From positions 1 through 15,734 of the IMG/VR virus record IMGVR_UViG_2645727991_000015: 15,734 nucleotides of DNA. One strand, written 5' to 3'. Every line of letters starts with the position of its first letter. Position 1 is the stretch's first letter. Shown one piece after another: positions 8,264 to 15,480 of the stretch. The notes beneath the pieces were generated by a model. It was not told where the DNA came from and made no database searches. It saw only the letters and a list, made by a program, of their open reading frames with translations. The position numbers were made by a program, and so were the translations under genes. This stretch comes from a virus. Its lineage: Duplodnaviria > Heunggongvirae > Uroviricota > Caudoviricetes.

Positions 8264-9604
8264 TCACCTTAAATCTTCTGGAATATCATCGATGTTACCA
8301 AATACTGTTAAATCAGTATCTTCAGGTTCACCACCTGTTACCTCAATGATAAAATCCTTTATTTTCATATAGTTAATTGATGGGACGCCACCAAAACGCC
8401 CTTCATCATACCACTTGTTAAAAGGTGAGTTAGCCTTAACCTTTTCTTTATCAAACTCATCTAAACTATAAACTTCGGTTACACCTTTTTTCTTTTCAGT
8501 AAACCAAATCTGATCTCTTCTCATATTTTCTGATTTCATCAACTCAATGTTATGAGTTGTAAATATGAGCTGAGAGCCTACTTTATTAACCTCACTATCG
8601 TTAAACAGTCTGATTAAAAGTGCAGCCAAATGTGGATGCATGCTGTGGTCTATTTCATCGATAATTAACACTCGATTTATTAAAAGACCAGAAATTAGGG
8701 CAGGTGTTAATTCAAATAACCTACGAGTTCCTGCTGACTCATTTTCAATATCTATATCAGCACATTCTCCACCCTCCATGTCATGCTCAAATTTAAAGCT
8801 AAATCGATTTTCAGCCAAAATTCTTCGTTTCATATCTTCCGGCATTTCATCAGGTAGCTTAATATCTAGTTCTTTATTTTCGACAATCCTTAGTTGGTTT
8901 ATACCCGTATCAACCAATGATAAGAAGTTACCGGAAAAACGAATAAGCATGTCTCTAAATTTCTCATCCTCAAGATGAAGAGCATTAAAACTTGATTCCA
9001 TTCCAATAGGACAAATTAACTGCGAAAAGTACTCATATACTTCCTTAGCAATCTCTGGAGCCTCAGCGACAGTGCCGATCTTTGATAGATAAGAGTTATT
9101 TTTAGAAAATGGAATTTTCTTTACTCCACCTTTGAATTGCGCCCCAAATTTAATATTCTCCCAACCATTATTCACACGATAGAACAAATTCGATGGCTGC
9201 TTGGAGTAATAACAATCTAAACTCTCCAATATAATTTCTTTTTGAAGATAATGTATTTTATATTTAAATTTCAAATCATTGATCACAAAGTCAATTTCAA
9301 ACTTTACTGGCTTTGAGATTGTTTTTTGACAAAGAGAATATGGTTCATAACAAGGGATATCCTCGCCATCTTTCAACGAAAAGCTATCCTCAACAAGATA
9401 ATTTAATGCAGAAAACACCTTTAGAAGGTTTGACTTCCCTGAAGCATTAGGACCATAAATTCCAACGGTACGTACAACCCGCTCATTGCTTTTGGGAAGA
9501 ACAAGCAAATTATCGCTTAAGTGGTTACTTGTTGAACTACGCAGATCAAAGTTAACCTCTTCTTTGATCGACCTAAAATTCTCAACTTTTAAGGAAATTA
9601 TCAT
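8264..9604 (-). CDS. ABC-type / AAA_21-like ATPase (AbiLi-like; putative anti-phage abortive-infection ATPase)
   Basis: 446 aa with Walker A GPNASGKSN, Walker B VLIIDEIDHSMHP and an H-loop-like LIFTTHN. AT-rich; forms a tight two-gene operon with the RloB-like gene. Confidence 0.75.
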   Translation of the reverse strand: MIISLKVENFRSIKEEVNFDLRSSTSNHLSDNLLVLPKSNERVVRTVGIYGPNASGKSNLLKVFSALNYLVEDSFSLKDGEDIPCYEPYSLCQKTISKPVKFEIDFVINDLKFKYKIHYLQKEIILESLDCYYSKQPSNLFYRVNNGWENIKFGAQFKGGVKKIPFSKNNSYLSKIGTVAEAPEIAKEVYEYFSQLICPIGMESSFNALHLEDEKFRDMLIRFSGNFLSLVDTGINQLRIVENKELDIKLPDEMPEDMKRRILAENRFSFKFEHDMEGGECADIDIENESAGTRRLFELTPALISGLLINRVLIIDEIDHSMHPHLAALLIRLFNDSEVNKVGSQLIFTTHNIELMKSENMRRDQIWFTEKKKGVTEVYSLDEFDKEKVKANSPFNKWYDEGRFGGVPSINYMKIKDFIIEVTGGEPEDTDLTVFGNIDDIPEDLR

Positions 9605-9960
9605 AAAACGATCCTCTAAAACGTACTTTTACAGTAAAAAAATGACAAAAAATGCCTAATCACGAGATTGTAATCTATAATAATATACTTTTATACAACT
9701 ATTTCTTGGTTTTGTACCCTTATAAGCACAAGAAGAATGCAATCATCATATTGAGTTACTACAAGAGCTGGACTGCCCCCTTCCGGAAGACGATCTTGCC
9801 CGATAGTTTCTTCCCTCCACTCCCACGGGTCTACGCCAGTTGGGCATCCTGAAAACTCCCGACAATCTCGATGGTTTCCAGCGCTGCTATGGGGTCGTTC
9901 ATGATAATTATATTAAGTTTGACCAAAAACTGACTTCACCTTCAGAAGGAGCGCAGTTAA

Positions 9961-10161
9961 TCAAATCGATAATTTCTTCAGGTGTCTCTTTAACGTCGAT
10001 ATACTCGCCAGAGGATATTTCAGAGTTGTAATACCATGCAGAGTCATGATAACGATATGCCCTACGGCAACAAACACAGGCTCGAAGACTGTTTCAGGTT
10101 CCCAGCCATATTTCCCCTGACGCTCAATCGTCGCTTGCTGGCTCAATTTGATGATTTTCAT
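9961..10161 (-). CDS. Hypothetical small protein, start coupled to the ren stop (possibly a truncated remnant of a nin gene)
   Basis: 66-aa ORF MKIIKLSQQATIERQGKYGWEPETVFEPVFVAVGHIVIMTLHG... whose ATG overlaps the ren stop in an ATGA arrangement. No recognisable family; lies at the edge of the AT-rich insert. Confidence 0.35.
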   Translation of the reverse strand: MKIIKLSQQATIERQGKYGWEPETVFEPVFVAVGHIVIMTLHGITTLKYPLASISTLKRHLKKLSI

Positions 10162-10451
10162 GTCTTAGCTCTCCCATATACCGCCAATACCCGTTTCATC
10201 GCGGCACTCTGGCGACACTCCTTAAAAATCAGATTCGTGCTCACCTTTCCTTCCCGTTCTTCTCTGGTAGCGAACCGGTAATACACCGTTCGCCAGACCT
10301 TACCATCAACGACCAGGATTCCTGCCCGCGCCATTTTAGCCGCAGCCTGATTTATGCTGGTTACGGTTGCGCCTGTTACCGCGGCAACGTCCTGCGCACA
10401 GAAGTTCTTATGAGTCCCCAGGTAATGAATAATTGCCTCTTTGCCCGTCAT
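10158..10451 (-). CDS. ren: Ren (Rex-exclusion resistance protein)
   Basis: 97 aa MTGKEAIIHYLGTHKNFCAQDVAAVTGATVTSINQAAAKMARAGILVVDGKVWRTVYYRFATREEREGK... matches lambda Ren by recall; immediately downstream of P. Confidence 0.88.
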   Translation of the reverse strand: MTGKEAIIHYLGTHKNFCAQDVAAVTGATVTSINQAAAKMARAGILVVDGKVWRTVYYRFATREEREGKVSTNLIFKECRQSAAMKRVLAVYGRAKT

Positions 10452-11149
10452 ACACTTACTCCTTTCAGCCCAAACTTAGCTTTGATTTCTGCGATCTTCG
10501 CCAGAGCCTGTGCACGATTTAGAGGTCTACCGCCCATGACAGGAAGTTGTTTTACTGGTTCAGGTATAGCCTCACCACGGTTAATTCGTGCGGCCATACA
10601 GGACAGTTCATCGGCAGCCTTGCGCCGTAATTCCGCGTCAGTCAACGCATTGGCCCGCATGTTCTGATACAGGTTGGTAACCAGCCAGTAGTGCGCGTTT
10701 GATTTCCACGGATAAGACTCTGCATCCGGATACAGGCCACGCTTCCGGCAATACTCGTAAACCATATCAACCAGCTCGCTGACGTTTGGCAGCCCGGCGT
10801 TAACAGATGCTTCTTCCCGGCACCAGGCGACAAACTGCCCGGGTGATGGCAGGAATGGTCGATTCTGCCGACGGGCTACGCGCATTCCAGCGTTAACCTG
10901 TTCCATTGTGGTGATCCCGTTTTCCCGGAAAGCCAGAACCCACTGGCGGCGGATTTCGTTCAGTTCATTCTGGTCACGGTTAGCCAGGCTCGCCGGGAAA
11001 GTTGCCAGTAACTGGCTGAACACACCGTTGATGATCTGCGCTACCTGCTGTACCTGCGGCTTTTCGTCGTACTGTTCCGGCATATTGTTGGCGATCCGGC
11101 GCATCTGCTCACGGTCAAAGTTAACCATCTGTGCGGCGATGTTTTTCAT
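10448..11149 (-). CDS. P: Replication protein P (DnaB helicase loader)
   Basis: 233 aa MKNIAAQMVNFDREQMRRIANNMPEQYDEKPQVQQVAQIINGVFSQLLATFPASLANRDQNE... is near-identical to lambda P by recall; overlaps the O stop. Confidence 0.93.
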   Translation of the reverse strand: MKNIAAQMVNFDREQMRRIANNMPEQYDEKPQVQQVAQIINGVFSQLLATFPASLANRDQNELNEIRRQWVLAFRENGITTMEQVNAGMRVARRQNRPFLPSPGQFVAWCREEASVNAGLPNVSELVDMVYEYCRKRGLYPDAESYPWKSNAHYWLVTNLYQNMRANALTDAELRRKAADELSCMAARINRGEAIPEPVKQLPVMGGRPLNRAQALAKIAEIKAKFGLKGVSV

Positions 11150-12075
11150 AAATCCACCCCGTAAATCCAGTCAGTGTTCGTCAGGTCGAGTTTTGGTTTG
11201 CCGGCTGTCACGCCAGCCTGTTGCTTGTTTCGGTTGATTTCGAGCTGGGTCCACTTGTCGCGGAGTTTGGCCGGACTCAGCACGTTACCGGACCAGAAGT
11301 TGTCCTGGCATGCCCAGCGGAACAGCACGCACATGTCGCGGTGGTTACGTCCGTCACGTTCACGCATCAGGCGGATATCGTTAGCCCACCCTGCAAAATT
11401 CGGTTTTCTGGCTGATGGCGCGATGGTCTTCACCATGTCAAACATCCACTCTGCGGCGGTCAGGTCTTCTGCTGTCCCCCACTTGCTGCCACTCTGAATT
11501 GCAGCATCCGGTTTCACCACAGGAAGGTCGTTTTCTGGCTGGTCAGAGGATTCGCCAGAATTCTCGGACGAAAAAGGTTTTATATTGTCTTTTGTTAGTT
11601 TGTCTTTTGTGTTTACCTGATTCGGGTAAACGCCTTTACCTGATTTGGGTAAACTTTTCTTACCTGATTCAGGTAAATTTACCTCTTTCAGGTAAACTTT
11701 ATTTTTCTTACCTGATTCGGGTAATGTTGACCATTCACTGACCACATTATTAATGCCGATATTTCGCCCGCTCTGAATAAGAATCCCACGCTTTACCAGA
11801 ACGCTTTTTGCAGCAGAACACTTGTGCGGCAATATCCCGGTCAATTCGGAAAGTTGCTCGTTGCTCACCCAATCCAGTCTTTTATTAAAGCCATATGTTT
11901 TGCGCATGACAGCCAGGAAGACCAGAAGCTGGTGCTGTGTTAATCCGGCCAGCATCACAGCTTCCAGCAACTCATTTGCAATGCGCGTATAACCATCATC
12001 GAGATCTGCCACGCGCGGCTCCTTTTGTGCCGCATCCGGCACTGGAAAATTGAATATCTCAGCAGTGTTTGCCAT
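11146..12075 (-). CDS. O: Replication initiator O (lambda-like C-terminal domain, non-lambda N-terminal iteron-binding domain)
   Basis: From the ATG at 12075 (RBS GGGAG): MANTAEIFNFPVPDAAQKEPRVADLDDGYTRIANELLEAV... aligns with lambda O MTNTAKILNF...VADLDDGY..., and the C-terminal half (SSENSGESSDQPENDL...WIYGVDL) is near-identical to lambda O by recall. An alternative in-frame start at 12165 (the track ORF) overlaps the upstream gene stop in an ATGA arrangement. Confidence 0.88.
   Translation of the reverse strand: MANTAEIFNFPVPDAAQKEPRVADLDDGYTRIANELLEAVMLAGLTQHQLLVFLAVMRKTYGFNKRLDWVSNEQLSELTGILPHKCSAAKSVLVKRGILIQSGRNIGINNVVSEWSTLPESGKKNKVYLKEVNLPESGKKSLPKSGKGVYPNQVNTKDKLTKDNIKPFSSENSGESSDQPENDLPVVKPDAAIQSGSKWGTAEDLTAAEWMFDMVKTIAPSARKPNFAGWANDIRLMRERDGRNHRDMCVLFRWACQDNFWSGNVLSPAKLRDKWTQLEINRNKQQAGVTAGKPKLDLTNTDWIYGVDL
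11575..11724. repeat. ori: Replication origin inside O: AT-rich tract (11575..11612) plus five 17-bp iterons TTACCTGATTCGGGTAA (11613..11629, 11636..11652, 11660..11676, 11679..11695, 11708..11724)
   Basis: Five direct repeats with the same 17-mer core and inverted ends (TTACC...GGTAA) read directly from the sequence, spaced 19-29 bp start to start, with an AT-rich segment on the transcription-downstream side. Same organisation as lambda ori but a different iteron sequence. Confidence 0.8.
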
Positions 12076-12161
12076 AATTACTCCCGCAATGAGTGTGTTA
12101 CGATTTGCACCTGAAAGTCGGTTCTGTTCCAGCAGACCGGCTTTCGCCATTTCTGAACCTG

Positions 12162-12707
12162 TCATATTGCCCCCAGCATGGTGGTGACCATCGCCATCAG
12201 TGGACCAGCCAAATCCGGGTCCACACGAAACATCGACACAATGCCTTCACTCATCTCCTTCAGTTTCTGGTGGCGTGGTGCGTTGAGAATGACAGCCTGT
12301 TTTGCCTCACTGAGTTCCTTTTCCATTTCAGCCAGCCGAGCCATGAAGCTATCCTGCTCAACCAGGTGGCCGCGATATTTCAGCGGTAGTACTGCCAGAA
12401 TTGCTGGAGTCAGTTCACGCACGTTATTTCGGTATTTTTCAGAATCGAATTTGTTATCGAGAAAGCGGAACAGCTTCTGGCGTGCACGACTGACATCATC
12501 AGGAAAATCGATAGTGCCGCCGCCCTGTGCTCGATACTAATTCACAATGAGTGCGGCAACGACATCCTGATTATCTACAGCCGACCAGGCGCGGATGGCA
12601 TCACGGATTTTTTCGTGGCCTGGCACCTGTTTTATTTGAGAACGATTTATCACCGCAGTCGGGATAAATCCGCTAGTCTGTTGGTATGTAAGTGGTTGCA
12701 TAGTCAT
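12162..12707 (-). pseudogene. cII-position gene (YdaT-like by recall) interrupted by a single in-frame TAG at 12537..12539
   Basis: A 56-codon ORF (MTMQPLTYQQTSGFIPTAVINRSQIKQVPGHEKIRDAIRAWSAVDNQDVVAALIVN, stop TAG) and the track ORF 12162..12422 are in the same frame; the only stop between them is that TAG. Read-through would give about 181 aa (...VN*YRAQGGGTIDFPDD...LTPAILAVLPLKYRGHL...). Confidence 0.55.
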
Positions 12708-12731
12708 TGCCTTATCAGTTAACGCCGCAGT

Positions 12732-12959
12732 TTAGGCGGCAGAATTACTCGCGTTAAACAATGGTGCGAGGTCGGGACGAATATCTGCTGGTTTAATCTT
12801 TCCACCAGTGGCTGAGACAATTTTCATTACATAGCGGGCATCAATTCCGCCACCGTGTAGCCAACGCCAAACAGTGGGTTGGGCTACACCGCATAGATCT
12901 GCCAGTCGTTTTTGACTACCTGTAATACTGATTGCGAGTTGAATGGTTTGATTTGTCAT
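12732..12959 (-). CDS. cro: Cro-like HTH DNA-binding protein (YdaS/Cro family)
   Basis: 75 aa from the ATG at 12959 (RBS AGGAA): MTNQTIQLAISITGSQKRLADLCGVAQPTVWRWLHGGGIDARYVMKIVSATGGKIKPADIRPDL...; helix-turn-helix-like segment; divergent from the CI-like repressor across a roughly 110-bp operator region. Confidence 0.7.
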   Translation of the reverse strand: MTNQTIQLAISITGSQKRLADLCGVAQPTVWRWLHGGGIDARYVMKIVSATGGKIKPADIRPDLAPLFNASNSAA

Positions 12960-13069
12960 TATCAATTCCTACTGGTATTGCAATGAATGAATAATAGCAA
13001 TGCGTATTAATCCAAGCAATAGCAAAACGTGTTTTGACCATCAATACGCAAGCGTATAAATTAAAACTT
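12960..13069. promoter_or_regulatory. Divergent immunity control region (putative OR operators with pR and pRM)
   Basis: 110-bp AT-rich intergenic region between the divergent cro-like and cI-like genes. Contains repeated ATAGCAAT-type motifs (12993..13009, 13016..13028) and an imperfect palindrome atacgcaagcgtat (13044..13057). No Shine-Dalgarno sequence precedes the cI ATG, consistent with a leaderless pRM transcript as in lambda. Confidence 0.55.
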
Positions 13070-13762
13070 ATGAAAAAAGAAACTCTTGCTGATCGCTTAA
13101 ACCTAGCGATGGAACAATCTGGAATGTCTCAAGGCGCTCTTGCAAAGGCGTCTGGCGTAGCTCAACCCACAATCTGGAGACTGACAAGCGGCAACGCGCG
13201 CGGCTCAACAAAAATTGTTGAAATAGCTAATGCATTGGGTGTTCGAACAGAATGGCTCTCATCAGGCATAGGCCCGATGAGAAATGACGGTCAACAATCA
13301 GGGAAGCCTGCTGTCAGCCATTCCAAATACTTCAAAATTGACGTTCTTGATATAGAAGTCAGTGCCGGGCCGGGTGTAATCAACCGTGAGTTTGTAGAAG
13401 TTCTACGCTCGGTTGAGTACTCGTTTGACGATGCTCGTCACATGTTCGATGGCAGGAAGGCGGAAAATATCCGCATCATTAACGTGCGTGGTGACAGCAT
13501 GTCAGGAACGATCGAACCAGGTGATCTGCTGTTCGTTGATATCACGGTTAAATCTTTCGACGGTGATGGTATCTATGCGTTTCTGTACGACGACACAGCC
13601 CATGTAAAGCGCCTGCAAATGATGAAAGATAAGCTACTGGTTATCTCTGATAACAAGAGCTACTCACCGTGGGACCCGATCGAGAAAGACGAGATGAACC
13701 GGGTGTTCATCTTCGGTAAGGTTATTGGGAGCATGCCGCAGACGTACAGGAAGCATGGTTAA
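13070..13762 (+). CDS. cI: CI-like prophage repressor (N-terminal HTH, C-terminal S24 LexA-like autopeptidase domain)
   Basis: From the ATG at 13070: MKKETLADRLNLAMEQSGMSQGALAKASGVAQPTIWRLTSGN... (HTH), with C-terminal ...INVRGDSMSGTIEPGDLLFVD...HVKRL... (Ser and Lys residues of the S24 catalytic dyad in the usual spacing). The track ORF starts at an upstream TTG (13034). Confidence 0.85.
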   Translation: MKKETLADRLNLAMEQSGMSQGALAKASGVAQPTIWRLTSGNARGSTKIVEIANALGVRTEWLSSGIGPMRNDGQQSGKPAVSHSKYFKIDVLDIEVSAGPGVINREFVEVLRSVEYSFDDARHMFDGRKAENIRIINVRGDSMSGTIEPGDLLFVDITVKSFDGDGIYAFLYDDTAHVKRLQMMKDKLLVISDNKSYSPWDPIEKDEMNRVFIFGKVIGSMPQTYRKHG

Positions 13763-13843
13763 TAATTAGCCTGTAGCTTTTTAAGGCACACTCTTTTCAA
13801 GAATATTAAATAGAACGCTATATGGCATAAACAAGGACTTAGG

Positions 13844-14317
13844 ATGGAAAAGCCTAGCTTCCCACCTCTTCTTACAGCAGGATTTCATGATATGGATAGT
13901 GATGGCATCAAGTCTCTTTGTGTCGACACCTTCCCAAAATCCGTTAGAAGAAGTATGCTATACTGTAATTTTATACAGCTTATTGAGCAATTTAAACTTG
14001 TTAATCAGCAGTGTCTATGTTTCTCTGAAGTGTGGATCGATGGTTCATTCACTACAGAGAAACCTGAACCTGATGACATAGATATACTCGTGGTCGTCGA
14101 TTATTTGGCCCTAAACTCTTTGCCAAACACGCTGATGCCATTGGTTAGCTCATTGTTAAATAGAGATTTTATTAAAGAAAACTACAGCATTGACGTTCTT
14201 TTGCTGCCTGAAAATCATCCAGAAATCGATTATAGTGAAAGGCGAAGTTACTGGAGAGGGTGGTTTGGTTTTGATCGGAAGGAGAATCCTAAAGGCCTCG
14301 TGAGGGTAATGTTATGA
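13844..14317 (+). CDS. Hypothetical protein with nucleotidyltransferase-like motif, first gene of the rex-position operon
   Basis: 157 aa; contains WIDGSFTTEKPEPDDIDILVVVD, resembling the GS...DxD signature of minimal (Pol-beta superfamily) nucleotidyltransferases. Directly downstream of cI with no intervening terminator; stop overlaps the next start (ATGA). Confidence 0.5.
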   Translation: MEKPSFPPLLTAGFHDMDSDGIKSLCVDTFPKSVRRSMLYCNFIQLIEQFKLVNQQCLCFSEVWIDGSFTTEKPEPDDIDILVVVDYLALNSLPNTLMPLVSSLLNRDFIKENYSIDVLLLPENHPEIDYSERRSYWRGWFGFDRKENPKGLVRVML

Positions 14318-15246
14318 GCGAAGAAAAAACATTCAACTCCCTCAAGGAGCGAATTGCGTTCATTCAACGCGATGTGGATCTGCTTGCTCAAAATAAGGGG
14401 AGATCATTTGCTGATGACATTATATTTAGATCACTTGACTCCCATCTGAGCGATCTCCGAGAGAGACAACGTGCAATCGATAACCAACATCCTTTACGTG
14501 ATTTCATGGAGTTGAGATTAAAAGGTGTTTTGGTCGATTTCGGGTCTATTCCGTTAGATATTCTATCTGTAATTTCAGGTAATCTCGCATCCCTTGTACA
14601 GAAAGCAGTTTACCGACTTGGATCTGGGAAAGATTCTAGTCGTGTGCCGATTGATGTTAAAAAATCATTAGACATGAGATTGGCAGACTTGCGTCCAGGT
14701 TCGACGAAGTTAGGTGTTACTTTTTCTACTGGTTCTTGCGAGCTCATCGAAACAGTATCCAGTCATGCTGTTAAGGAGATTTTTGCACTACTCTCATCCA
14801 TTGATGAAGAAACATTCACGGCTAAAATTGCCGAAATTGGTTCGCAATCAACAGCTAACCTAAAAAACATCATAAATGAGTGCGAAAAATATAGTCTTAA
14901 CTTTGATCTTACTTGGATTGGACCTTTAAGTGATGGTACCAGACAAGTGTCAATTTCTTCAGAAGATATAAAAAAACTGAATGCTCGCTTAGCTTTAACG
15001 AAGGTCATTCAGCTACCGGATGAGCATATATCAGGCGAACTTGCTATTTTATCCATGTACGGGAAATTGGAGATTGCAAGCGAGCTTGGAAAAATAAAGG
15101 CTTCTTATCCGATTGATATGTTAGGAGAAATTCAAAGTAAATATAAAGTTGGTGAACGAATATCGCTCGTAGTAAGCGTTTCTGAGATTCACAATGAAAG
15201 ATTAGGAACATCACGACGTAACTACATGGTTAAAAAAATCGAATAG
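14314..15246 (+). CDS. Hypothetical protein (310 aa), second gene of the rex-position operon
   Basis: Long ORF translationally coupled to the upstream gene; followed by a strong intrinsic terminator. No family recognised from sequence alone. Confidence 0.5.
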   Translation: MSEEKTFNSLKERIAFIQRDVDLLAQNKGRSFADDIIFRSLDSHLSDLRERQRAIDNQHPLRDFMELRLKGVLVDFGSIPLDILSVISGNLASLVQKAVYRLGSGKDSSRVPIDVKKSLDMRLADLRPGSTKLGVTFSTGSCELIETVSSHAVKEIFALLSSIDEETFTAKIAEIGSQSTANLKNIINECEKYSLNFDLTWIGPLSDGTRQVSISSEDIKKLNARLALTKVIQLPDEHISGELAILSMYGKLEIASELGKIKASYPIDMLGEIQSKYKVGERISLVVSVSEIHNERLGTSRRNYMVKKIE

Positions 15247-15253
15247 TGATGCT

Positions 15254-15281
15254 ACCCGGCCACCGTGCCGGGTTTTCTTTT
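15254..15281 (+). terminator. Rho-independent terminator ending the cI/rex-position operon
   Basis: Hairpin cccggc-caccgt-gccggg at 15255..15272 followed by TTTTCTTTT, 8 nt after the stop codon of the 310-aa gene. Confidence 0.75.
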
Positions 15282-15379
15282 GCCTCCCCCTCATCACACA
15301 AACCGTTCGAAAAACCACCATAACCCCCGCTTCAGTTATCGCTATGCGATGCAAGTCACAAAATTAATTCTTTTTGCTA

Positions 15380-15480
15380 TCAAGCATTTAATATCAAAAC
15401 ACATCAGCCAATAGCGATAAGTATTGATATCACCAATAGCAATAGCTATTATCACCATATCGCAACAACACAACGATACG
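15380..15480 (+). promoter_or_regulatory. Putative OL/pL region (operator-like repeats upstream of the expected N operon)
   Basis: Contains CAATAGC-type motifs similar to those in the cro-cI intergenic region (ccaatagcgataag, caccaatagcaatagctatt), the palindrome AATAGCTATT (15452..15461) and two TATCACC copies. Position matches OL/pL in a lambda-like layout; promoter hexamers not resolved. Confidence 0.4.

Noticed and set aside
9840-10031. 63-aa plus-strand ORF overlapping the 9961..10161 minus-strand ORF
   Set aside because: No RBS, and it overlaps an ORF that is translationally coupled to ren; cannot be supported as a gene.
11613-11724. Regularly spaced direct repeats that could superficially suggest a CRISPR array
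   Set aside because: The repeats are 17-mers with inverted ends inside the O coding sequence, with short variable spacing and an adjacent AT-rich tract. This is the lambda-type iteron origin, not a CRISPR repeat-spacer array.
11174-11741. Plus-strand ORFs 11174..11497, 11221..11415 and 11415..11741 inside O, and 10908..11237 / 10410..10833 inside P
   Set aside because: Antisense to well-supported O and P genes, with Arg/Ser/Cys-rich low-complexity translations; judged spurious.
12178-12540. 120-aa plus-strand ORF rich in Arg/Ser
   Set aside because: Antisense to the cII-position reading frame; composition typical of a shadow frame, with no RBS.
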